Shown here piece after piece: positions 22,946 through 30,866 of a stretch of 64,000 bases of DNA. The translations under genes and the position numbers were made by a program. The notes beneath the pieces are model-generated. The model saw nothing but the letters and a program-made list of their open reading frames with translations. It ran no database searches and was not told the DNA's origin. This DNA is from Candidatus Limnocylindrales bacterium (lineage in GTDB: Bacteria; Chloroflexota; Limnocylindria; Limnocylindrales; CSP1-4). Numbering within the stretch: position 1 is the stretch's first letter; the number at the start of each line of letters is the position of its first letter. The stretch spans positions 23,902 through 87,901 of the forward strand of contig DATGGQ010000011.1 in the NCBI GenBank assembly GCA_035308445.1. The letters run 5' to 3'.

Positions 22946-23443
22946 ATGGCCGAGCCACGCGATCCGGGGGCGCCCACCGCGGGCGGACGCGTCTGCCCCT
23001 GGTGCTCGGGAGCCGCGAGCGAGACGGACACGAGCTGTCCGTCTTGTGGCGCGGCACTGGCCCAGCGCGAGGACCTCGGCGGCGTGCTGATCCCGGGCGT
23101 GACCGGGGTCGACCCCGGGCTCAAGGCCCTCGCCGACCAGCCGATGCGCCTCAAGGGCCCGAGCCCGACGCAGGGCCTGGCGAGCGGGATCGTGCCGGCG
23201 GTCGCCCTCGGCGGTCCGGCGGGTCTGGCGATCCTCGGCGGGATCGCGGCGGTGGCGGCGACGGAGTACCTCGGCTCGCGGGGTCCGGGCGGCGCCGGCG
23301 TGGATCCAGCCAGCGTCGGGGAGCTGGGCGGCGTCGCCCAGCTGGCCCTCGAGCAGGCGAAGCGGGCCGAGTCCACGTCGACGGGCCAGGACCACACATG
23401 GGACGTGCCCGCGCCACGCGAAAGCGGGCCGGAGCACCCATGA
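22946..23443 (+). CDS. zinc-ribbon protein with C-terminal hydrophobic segment (paralog 1)
   Basis: CPWCS...CPSCGAAL zinc ribbon followed by IPGVTGVDPG and a Gly/Ala-rich TM-like segment. Paralogous to the next gene. Confidence 0.55.
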   Translation: MAEPRDPGAPTAGGRVCPWCSGAASETDTSCPSCGAALAQREDLGGVLIPGVTGVDPGLKALADQPMRLKGPSPTQGLASGIVPAVALGGPAGLAILGGIAAVAATEYLGSRGPGGAGVDPASVGELGGVAQLALEQAKRAESTSTGQDHTWDVPAPRESGPEHP

Positions 23444-23718
23444 CGGAGCCCGCGTCCCCGACACCGCCAGCGGGTGCCACCGACCGGATCTGCCCGTGGT
23501 GCTCGGCCGCCAACCCGTCCGACGCCACGACCTGCCACGCCTGCGGCGCGGCGCTCGTCGAGCAGCAGCCGGGCGAGGACATCCCGGGCGTGACCGTCGT
23601 CGACCCCGGCGCCGTGGCGGCCGCGGCCCAGGCGGACGCGAAGATGCTCATCCGTCCGACGTCGCGGGACGTCGCGGTCGAGACGTTCCTCGACGAGATC
23701 AGCGACGGGAAGCTCTGA
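23440..23718 (+). CDS. zinc-ribbon protein (paralog 2)
   Basis: MTEPASP...CPWCS...CHACGAAL...IPGVTVVDPG. Same architecture as the upstream gene, ATGA-coupled, 92 aa. Confidence 0.55.
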   Translation: MTEPASPTPPAGATDRICPWCSAANPSDATTCHACGAALVEQQPGEDIPGVTVVDPGAVAAAAQADAKMLIRPTSRDVAVETFLDEISDGKL

Positions 23719-23797
23719 CCGGGCGGGGCCGCAAGGCTCCCCCTGATCGGGCCGTCCGGCACGTCGCGAATCGAGGGTCGCGGCTAGGATTCCACGC

Positions 23798-24892
23798 GTG
23801 ACTGACGAGCGACCCTATTCGCCCGGTCTCGAGGGCGTCGTCGCCGCCGAGACCGCCCTGAGCCTTGTCGATGGCGAGCGCGGCCGACTCCTCTACCGCG
23901 GCTACCGGATCGGCGATCTCGTCGACCACGGCACGTATCCCGCCGTGGCCAACCTCCTTTGGACCGGCGAGTGGGCACCCGGCCACCACCTCGCGACCGC
24001 ACCACTGCCGCCGGCCGTCCTCACGACGCTGCGGGCCCTGCCGAAGGACGCGAAGCCGATGGACGCCCTCCGGACGGCCGTGTCCGTCTGGGGCACGACC
24101 CAGGCCTTCGACTGGCCGCCGACCCCGGAGCAGGCCCGCGCGCTCACCTCGTTCTCGCCCTCGGCCCTGGCCGCGTTCGCCCGCCTGCGCAAGGGCCTCG
24201 AACCCGTCGAGCCCGACCCGTCGCTCGACCTCGTGCCGGGCTTCCTCTACCAGCTGAACGGCGAGCAGCCGGACGAAGGCACCGCCCGCGCCCTCGACGC
24301 CTACTTCATGGTCGGCGCCGAGCACAGCCTGAATGCTTCGACCTTCACGGCTCGCGTCATCATCTCGACCCGGAGCGACATGGCGTCCGCGGTCGCCGGC
24401 GCAATCGGCGCCCTGAAGGGCCCGCTCCACGGCGGCGCCCCGTCCGAGGTCGTCGAGCAGATCCACCAGGTCGGCTCGCCCGAGCACGCCGAGGAGTGGA
24501 TCCGCGGCGCCATCGCCCGCGGCGACCGGCTGATGGGCTTCGGCCATCGCGTCTATCGGGCCTATGACCCGCGGGCCGCCGCGCTCCGCAAGGTCGCCGA
24601 GTCGATGGCCCACAAGCCCGACTGGCTCGAGCTGGCGATCGCGGTCGAGGACACCTCCCTCCGCGTCCTCGCCGAGCTCCATCCAGAGCGGGCCCTGAAG
24701 ACGAACGTCGAGTACTACGCGGCCCCCGTGCTGATGGGCGTCGGCCTGACGCCCGACCTGTTCCCGGCCGCCTTCGCCCTCGCCCGCCATGCCGGCTGGA
24801 CCGCTCACATCATCGAGCAGGCCGCGGCCAACAAGCTGATCCGGCCGGACGCCCGCTATACGGGACCAGCGGAGCGCGACCTCCCGAGCTGA
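23798..24892 (+). CDS. gltA: citrate synthase (small ~365 aa, CitA/type II-like)
   Basis: GFGHRVY active-site region, citrate synthase fold length. GTG start. Confidence 0.9.
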   Translation: MTDERPYSPGLEGVVAAETALSLVDGERGRLLYRGYRIGDLVDHGTYPAVANLLWTGEWAPGHHLATAPLPPAVLTTLRALPKDAKPMDALRTAVSVWGTTQAFDWPPTPEQARALTSFSPSALAAFARLRKGLEPVEPDPSLDLVPGFLYQLNGEQPDEGTARALDAYFMVGAEHSLNASTFTARVIISTRSDMASAVAGAIGALKGPLHGGAPSEVVEQIHQVGSPEHAEEWIRGAIARGDRLMGFGHRVYRAYDPRAAALRKVAESMAHKPDWLELAIAVEDTSLRVLAELHPERALKTNVEYYAAPVLMGVGLTPDLFPAAFALARHAGWTAHIIEQAAANKLIRPDARYTGPAERDLPS

Positions 24893-25132
24893 ACCGGCCG
24901 GCTCGCTCGGGGCGCGGCTGCGCCTTAGGGCCTGACCGCGAGCCGCGTCACGGGGCGGTGGGGAAACGCGGCTCGCCGCGAGCGGCGTTCGTGCCATCGG
25001 AAACCCACGCAATCACGGGGCGGCATCTGGCGCCCGGCGAGTCGGTGGTTTCAGCCGGGCGGAGCGTGCTGCGTGATGAACGAGCGAGCGCTGACACCGC
25101 GCGGGCCGCTCCGTTCCGACCTCGTGACCGCC

Positions 25133-26374
25133 TCAGATTCGGCTGGCAATCTCCGGCGCTGGGCGCGGGTGGAGCCGCGTCACACCGACGGCCCCGGCAA
25201 GGAACGCCAGGCCGCCGACCAGGAACGGCGCCGCCAGCCCGGCGGTGCTCGAGACGAGCGCCCCGATCGCCGGCCCGACGATTCCCGCGCCGTACAGCGG
25301 CAGGTAGACGAGGTTCAGCGTCTGCGATCGGCGCTCGGGCGGGACCTCGGTGGCCAGCAGGCCGAAGACCATCGAGCTCGTCGTGGCCGCGGCCGTCGCC
25401 ACGACGACAGCCGTGACCGCGAGCGCCGCGACGCCACCGGTCGGCGCGACGATCGGCATGAGCCCCAGGGCGATTCCACCGCCGACGAGCGCGCCGACGA
25501 GGATCGGCCGAAAGCCGATCCGGTCGCCGAGGGCCCCGGCGGCCGGCGCCAGCAGCGCGCCGAGGAGTGCCGCCGTCCCGGCGACGAACCCGATCGCGCT
25601 CGTCAGGCCGGGGCCGGGCGGATGGATGGCCTCCACGAGGACGGGCACGTACGGCCGGCTCATCTGGTTCGCGAGGAACGCGGTCCCGAACACGAGGAAG
25701 ATGCGCCGGACTGCCCGGTCCGAGATCACCCCACGCATGGCCCCGAACGCGAGGTCGAGGACCCGGCCCTCGGGGATGACCACCGGCCGGACCTCGCGAG
25801 AGCCGAACGTGATGAGCGCCGCGGTCCCGAGCGAGAGCAGCGCCGAGAGCCCGAAGACGCCACCGATCGACCAGCCCGCCCCATCGACGAGGACCCCGGC
25901 GAGGATCGGCCCGACGGCGAACCCGATCGGCCCGGCGGCCCCGAAGATCGCAATGATCGTGCCGATCCGGGCCCGCGGCGCGACGTCCCGGATGCCGGCG
26001 AGCATGACCCCGGTGTTGCCGAGCTGGAAGCCGATGCACAGCATCACGACGGCGACCTGCCATGGCGCGTGCGCCAGCGCCATCCCGCCGAACACGAACG
26101 CCTCGACGACCGCGCTCCGGGCGATGACCGCCTTGCGGCTGTAGCGATCCGCCCAGACACCCCACAGCGGGACGAGCGGCATCCCGAGCACGAAGAGCAG
26201 CGATCCGAAGAGCCCGACGAACGCCAGCCGGTCCGACCCGCCGACGCCCATCGTGGTGAGGAGCTGGGGCAGCAGGGCGAACACCTGACTCACGCCGATG
26301 CCCTCGACGAGCGAGGTCAGCCAGAAGATCGCAACGATCCGGCGCCAATCATCACGGGCGTCCGGCTCGGGCAC
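25133..26374 (-). CDS. MFS transporter
   Basis: 12 TM helices, MFS motif A-like (GVWADRYSRK). Confidence 0.8.
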   Translation of the reverse strand: MPEPDARDDWRRIVAIFWLTSLVEGIGVSQVFALLPQLLTTMGVGGSDRLAFVGLFGSLLFVLGMPLVPLWGVWADRYSRKAVIARSAVVEAFVFGGMALAHAPWQVAVVMLCIGFQLGNTGVMLAGIRDVAPRARIGTIIAIFGAAGPIGFAVGPILAGVLVDGAGWSIGGVFGLSALLSLGTAALITFGSREVRPVVIPEGRVLDLAFGAMRGVISDRAVRRIFLVFGTAFLANQMSRPYVPVLVEAIHPPGPGLTSAIGFVAGTAALLGALLAPAAGALGDRIGFRPILVGALVGGGIALGLMPIVAPTGGVAALAVTAVVVATAAATTSSMVFGLLATEVPPERRSQTLNLVYLPLYGAGIVGPAIGALVSSTAGLAAPFLVGGLAFLAGAVGVTRLHPRPAPEIASRI

Positions 26375-26432
26375 CGGGGCAGCCTATCGGAACGCGGCCT
26401 AGACTCGGGCCGCTCGGAGGTGCCCAACGGCC

Positions 26433-27299
26433 ATGGCTCGCTGGCTGGCTCGGCTCATGGATGCCCAGGACGGCTGGGTCCAGCCGCTCGGCACGTGGGC
26501 CCACGGCCTGCTCCACCGGTTCTTTCACTGGGTTCCGGGGCTCCGTGACCTGCTGAACGGTCGGTGGCTTGGCCATCCCGTGCATGCCCTCCTCACCGAC
26601 GCCCCGATCGGGATGCTGTTCCTGACGATCGTCCTCGATGTCGTCGGCCAGCCGGTCGCGGCCGAGATCGCCCTCGGGCTCGGGGTCCTCGGCATGGTCG
26701 CGGCGGCGGCTGCGGGGCTCGCCGACTACTCGGACACCGACGGCCGGGCGCGCGACCGCGCCACCCTCCACGCGAGCGTCATGCTCGTGGCCCTCGTGAT
26801 CTACCTCGCCTCGCTGGTCCTCCGCCTGACGGGCGACCCGAGCGGGGCCGGCGTGATCTGGCTGTCGATCCTCGCGTTCCTCGTCCTCGCCGCTGGCGCC
26901 TTCGTCGGCGGCGACGTCGTGTACGTCAACGGCAACATGGTCGACCGGCATGCGTTCCGGGGTACCGGGACGAAGTGGATCTCGCTGGAGCCGTCGGAGA
27001 CGAACGCCGACGGCTCGATCCCCGAGGGGAAGCTCGTGAGGGCCAGGCTCGGGGTCAACACGCTCGTCCTCGTCCGCGACGGCGATCGGATCCTGGCCCT
27101 CCACGACACGTGCGCCCATGCGGGCGGGCCGCTGTCGGGCGCGACGTACGCGGACGGGATCGTCGAGTGCCCGTGGCACGGGTCGCGCTACCGAATGTCC
27201 AACGGGCACGTGATCCAGGGGCCGTCCGTCTACGACCAGCCGGCGTACGAGGTTCGTGCCCGGGACGGCGGCGGCTGGGAGGCACGTCGCCAGGCATAG
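26433..27299 (+). CDS. DUF2231-like membrane domain fused to Rieske [2Fe-2S] domain
   Basis: N-terminal 3-4 TM helices; C-terminal Rieske motifs CAHAGGPLS ... CPWHGSRY. Confidence 0.8.
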   Translation: MARWLARLMDAQDGWVQPLGTWAHGLLHRFFHWVPGLRDLLNGRWLGHPVHALLTDAPIGMLFLTIVLDVVGQPVAAEIALGLGVLGMVAAAAAGLADYSDTDGRARDRATLHASVMLVALVIYLASLVLRLTGDPSGAGVIWLSILAFLVLAAGAFVGGDVVYVNGNMVDRHAFRGTGTKWISLEPSETNADGSIPEGKLVRARLGVNTLVLVRDGDRILALHDTCAHAGGPLSGATYADGIVECPWHGSRYRMSNGHVIQGPSVYDQPAYEVRARDGGGWEARRQA

Positions 27300-27374
27300 C
27301 CCATAGCCCATGGCCCGGGGCCCGGAAGAAGGGCCGAGCGCCAGGCCCTTGCCCACCCGCCGATACTGCCGGCC

Positions 27375-27902
27375 GTGGGCCTGGTCATCGAGATTCCGGA
27401 CCCGTGCCTCGTCGTCCTCGTCGGCGCGGCCGGCGCCGGGAAGAGCACGCTCGCGGGGCGCCACTTCGGCCCGGAGGAGATCCTGTCGTCCGACGCGTAC
27501 CGCGGGATCCTGACCGGCGACGAGGCCGACCAGCGACTGAACCGGGTGGCGTTCTCGATCCTGCATCGCGAGCTCGAGCGGCGTCTCGCCGCCGGCCGGA
27601 TGACGGTGGTCGATGCGACGAGCGTCACAAGCGGCGCCCGCCGGCAGTTCCTGCGCCGGGCGAGCCGCCACCGCGTCCCGGCGGTCGCCATCGTGCTCGA
27701 CCTCGACCCGGCGATCGTCCTCGCCCGCAACGCGAGCCGCGCCGACCGTGTCGTGCCGACGTTCGCGGTCCGGCGCCAGCTGGGCGACGTGGCCCGCAGC
27801 CTCGGCCGCGGCGAGCTGGACGCGGAGGGGTTCTCGGCGATCCACCATGTCCGGACGCCGGAGGACCTCGACCGCCTCGAGATCCGGCGCGTCCGGGCTT
27901 GA
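27375..27902 (+). CDS. AAA_33 / polynucleotide-kinase-like P-loop kinase
   Basis: Walker A VVLVGAAGAGKST, Walker B-like VVDAT, ~175 aa like the kinase domain of Pnkp/zeta-type kinases. Confidence 0.7.
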   Translation: MGLVIEIPDPCLVVLVGAAGAGKSTLAGRHFGPEEILSSDAYRGILTGDEADQRLNRVAFSILHRELERRLAAGRMTVVDATSVTSGARRQFLRRASRHRVPAVAIVLDLDPAIVLARNASRADRVVPTFAVRRQLGDVARSLGRGELDAEGFSAIHHVRTPEDLDRLEIRRVRA

Positions 27903-27966
27903 CGCCGCACCGCCGGGGGACGACAGTCGGCGCCGCACCCACGACGGAGACGAGGAGGCCACAGCG

Positions 27967-28221
27967 ATGATGTCGGGCAGCCAGCCGATGCCGCCGGAGC
28001 CGGTGGCCGAGGAGCTCGAGGAGGCCGAGGAGGTCGACCGGGACGCCGAGCGGGCCAGGGTCGCGCTCGAGGAACAGGCGATGGCGGCGACCGACCGCAA
28101 CGCGGCCGAGGCGGACGGAGTCGAGGCCGACGAGCCGGAGAAGCCGGGCCTAATCGAGCGCCTGCTCGATCTCGTCGAGGGCGGCGACGACGCGCCCGAG
28201 ACGCAGACCGCCGAAGGCTGA
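27967..28221 (+). CDS. hypothetical highly acidic small protein (85 aa)
   Basis: ATG preceded by GAGGAGG at -9, GC3 near 100%, ~30% Asp/Glu. No recognisable domain. Confidence 0.4.
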   Translation: MMSGSQPMPPEPVAEELEEAEEVDRDAERARVALEEQAMAATDRNAAEADGVEADEPEKPGLIERLLDLVEGGDDAPETQTAEG

Positions 28222-28290
28222 GGCGAGGGCCTGATCGGCGGGCTCCCGGCTCGCGCGCCGTCGGCTGATCAGCCCCTGAGCCTCCTCCTC

Positions 28291-29940
28291 ATGAAGCGCT
28301 TCGCCGCGGCCCTCGGCGCGCTCGCGTTCGTCCTCGGCGCGACGGCGCCGGCGATCGCGATCACCCTCCCGCCGACCCAGCCCGGCGTGTACGTCTACGA
28401 CCTCGCGCGCATCTGGACGCCGGAGACGATCTCGTCGGCGAACGCGACGATCGCGGCGATCCGGCAGCGGACCCAGGCCGAGATCGCGGTCGTGTCCTGG
28501 CCGAGCGGCCTGTCGGACGTCTCGACCGACCTCGCCCAGAGCGACGCGCTGACGATCATGAACGCGTGGGGCGTGGGCCGGGCCGGTGTCGATGACGGGC
28601 TCGTCGTCCTTTTCGACCTCGACACGACGCTCCAGCACGGTCAGATCTACCTGTACACGGGCTCCGGGTTCAGGGCCATGTACCTCGCCGACGACGAGGC
28701 CGCGGCGATCGTCAACGACACGATGCTGCCGAAGGCGAAGGACGGCGACCTGGATGCGGCCCTCCTCGACGGCCTGGCGCGGATCGACCACGTCGTGCAG
28801 CCCGGAGGCAACCCCGATCGGGCCGGGCAGGCGCTCATCCACACGCTCGTCGCAGCGGCCATGGAAGGCGGGGCGCTGATCGTCCTCGTCCTGTTCGCCC
28901 GGACGTGGTGGCTCCGGGGCCGCGACGCCCGGGTCCCGACGATCGACGATTCCGTGCTGCTGCCGGCGCCACCGCCCGAGCTGACGCCGGCGCTCGCGGC
29001 CGTCCTCCGGAAGGACGAGGTCGACAACGAGGCGTTCACGGCGGCCCTCGTGGACCTCGGCCACCGGAACCTCGTCACGTTCTCGGAGCACAGCCAGCTC
29101 CTCGGCGGCCACAAGGTCGATCTCGTGATCCCATCCTCGGACACGTCGGACGCCGCCGTGGCCGACGCGCGGAAGCGGCCGCTCGGGACCGCGGAGCAGA
29201 GCCTGGCCGACGACATCCAGGCGCAGTCGATCGGCGGCGTGATCTCGGCGAGCCAGCTCCGGGCCGGAACCGGCCGGAAGCTCTTCGACGCGTTCAAGAC
29301 CTCGCTCGGCAAGGCCGCCCTGGCCTCGGGCTGGTTCCGCGACGACCCGACGAAGCTGACGAGCGTCTGGCTCGGCGTCGGAATCGTGGTCGTGGTCGTC
29401 GCCGCGGGGGTCTTCTTCCTGTTCGGCATCGACCAGTCCAGCGATTCCTCGCGGCTGCTCCGCCCGGGCGCGGAGTACCTCGGCGCACCGATCCTGATCG
29501 GCGTCCTCATCGGCGCGGCGATCATCATGGCCCAGCGCTGGCTCGTCGCCCGGACGGAGTCCGGCGCCCAGACCCTGGCGATGGCCCTCGCCTACCGGAA
29601 CACGCTCCGCTACGAGATCGGGCAGTCGGCGACGATCGACCAGGCCGTCGTGCGGACGACGAGCCGCCTGCCCTGGATCACGACGCCGGACGAGCTGACC
29701 GTGTGGGCCGTCGCCCTCGGCCTGAAGTCCGAGATCGACCAGCTGATCAAGCAGACCTTCCAGGCGAACCCGCAGGGCGGCTGGGCGCCGATCTGGTTCG
29801 TCGGGTCGGGCGGGTTCGCTTCCGTCGGCGACATGGGCAGCATGCTGTCATCGATCTCGACGACGAGCGCCTCGTCGTCGGGCGGCGGCTACGGCGGTGG
29901 GGGCGGTGGTGGTGGGGGCGGAGCCGGCGGCGGCTTCTAG
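28291..29940 (+). CDS. TPM-domain / DUF2207 family membrane protein
   Basis: Signal peptide, TPM (TLP18.3/MOLO-1) phosphatase-like domain, TM helices, DUF2207-like C-domain ending in a poly-Gly tail. Confidence 0.8.
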   Translation: MKRFAAALGALAFVLGATAPAIAITLPPTQPGVYVYDLARIWTPETISSANATIAAIRQRTQAEIAVVSWPSGLSDVSTDLAQSDALTIMNAWGVGRAGVDDGLVVLFDLDTTLQHGQIYLYTGSGFRAMYLADDEAAAIVNDTMLPKAKDGDLDAALLDGLARIDHVVQPGGNPDRAGQALIHTLVAAAMEGGALIVLVLFARTWWLRGRDARVPTIDDSVLLPAPPPELTPALAAVLRKDEVDNEAFTAALVDLGHRNLVTFSEHSQLLGGHKVDLVIPSSDTSDAAVADARKRPLGTAEQSLADDIQAQSIGGVISASQLRAGTGRKLFDAFKTSLGKAALASGWFRDDPTKLTSVWLGVGIVVVVVAAGVFFLFGIDQSSDSSRLLRPGAEYLGAPILIGVLIGAAIIMAQRWLVARTESGAQTLAMALAYRNTLRYEIGQSATIDQAVVRTTSRLPWITTPDELTVWAVALGLKSEIDQLIKQTFQANPQGGWAPIWFVGSGGFASVGDMGSMLSSISTTSASSSGGGYGGGGGGGGGGAGGGF

Positions 29941-29958
29941 GCCCGGAGCGGCCGGCGG

Positions 29959-30834
29959 TCAGCCGGCGAACGCCTGCCCGCCCGCGATGAGCACCACGCC
30001 GACGCCCGCGGCGAGCAGGCCGAGGACGTGCGACGGGCTGAGCCGCTCGCGGAGCACGCCGGCGGCGAGGAGGACCGTGGTCGCCGGATAGAGGGCCGAG
30101 AGCACGGCCGCGATCGCGAGCGGCCCAGTCTGGATCGCGACGAGGTAGGTCGCGGTGCCGCTCATGTCGAGCACGCCGACCGCCAGCGTCGCCGGCCACA
30201 GCTCGCGCGGGATTCGCCACGCCCGCCGTGTCGCGACGATGACGACGAGGCAGATGATCGTCTCGGTGGTCCGCAGGACGGCGAGAGGCGTGAAGACGAA
30301 GCCCGGATCGAGCCGCGAGATCGCCACGGCGAGGAGGCCGAGGGTGATCCCCGCGGCGAGGCCCCACCCGAGCCCGCTCGATGGCGCGCCCTCGCCTGCC
30401 GGGGCGCGGGCGATGGTCGCGACGCTCGCGATCGCGATGCCGATCCCGGCCATGACGATCGGCGGCGGAGCGCCCTGGATCGCGAACCCGAACGCCACGG
30501 GGATCCCGGCGACGAGGATGCCCGCGACCGGAGCGACGACGCCCATCCGCCCGGACGACAGGCCGTGGTACAGGAACCCGAGGCCGGTCACGCCGAGGAC
30601 GCCGCTGACGATCGACCAGGTCACGTCGCTGGTGGGCATCAACGGCTCGCCGTGGATCGTGATGAGCGGCAGCGCGATGAGCACGCCGATCAGCTGGCTC
30701 ACGGCCATCACGCCGAAGAGCGGCGCACGCTTCGTCGCCACGCCGGCGACGAAGTCCGAGAGGCCCCAGATGCCCGACGAGGCGAGGCCGAGGACGACGA
30801 CCGCGAGGGTCGGCGGGAGCGAGTCGCCGGGCAA
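29959..30834 (-). CDS. EamA/DMT family transporter
   Basis: 10 TM helices, duplicated EamA halves. Confidence 0.8.
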   Translation of the reverse strand: MPGDSLPPTLAVVVLGLASSGIWGLSDFVAGVATKRAPLFGVMAVSQLIGVLIALPLITIHGEPLMPTSDVTWSIVSGVLGVTGLGFLYHGLSSGRMGVVAPVAGILVAGIPVAFGFAIQGAPPPIVMAGIGIAIASVATIARAPAGEGAPSSGLGWGLAAGITLGLLAVAISRLDPGFVFTPLAVLRTTETIICLVVIVATRRAWRIPRELWPATLAVGVLDMSGTATYLVAIQTGPLAIAAVLSALYPATTVLLAAGVLRERLSPSHVLGLLAAGVGVVLIAGGQAFAG

Positions 30835-30866
30835 GCGCGGGAACCGCCGTCCGATCGCCGCGGCGA

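Noticed and set aside
21911-23464. 517-aa minus-strand ORF
   Set aside because: Antisense to a recognisable alpha/beta hydrolase and the zinc-ribbon pair; Arg/Gly/Pro-rich; typical high-GC shadow ORF.
24893-24950. Possible intrinsic terminator after citrate synthase (GGCGC-GGCT-GCGCC)
   Set aside because: Short stem without a following U-tract; insufficient evidence.
26352-28100. 582-aa minus-strand ORF
   Set aside because: Antisense to the Rieske and P-loop kinase genes; no motifs; low complexity.
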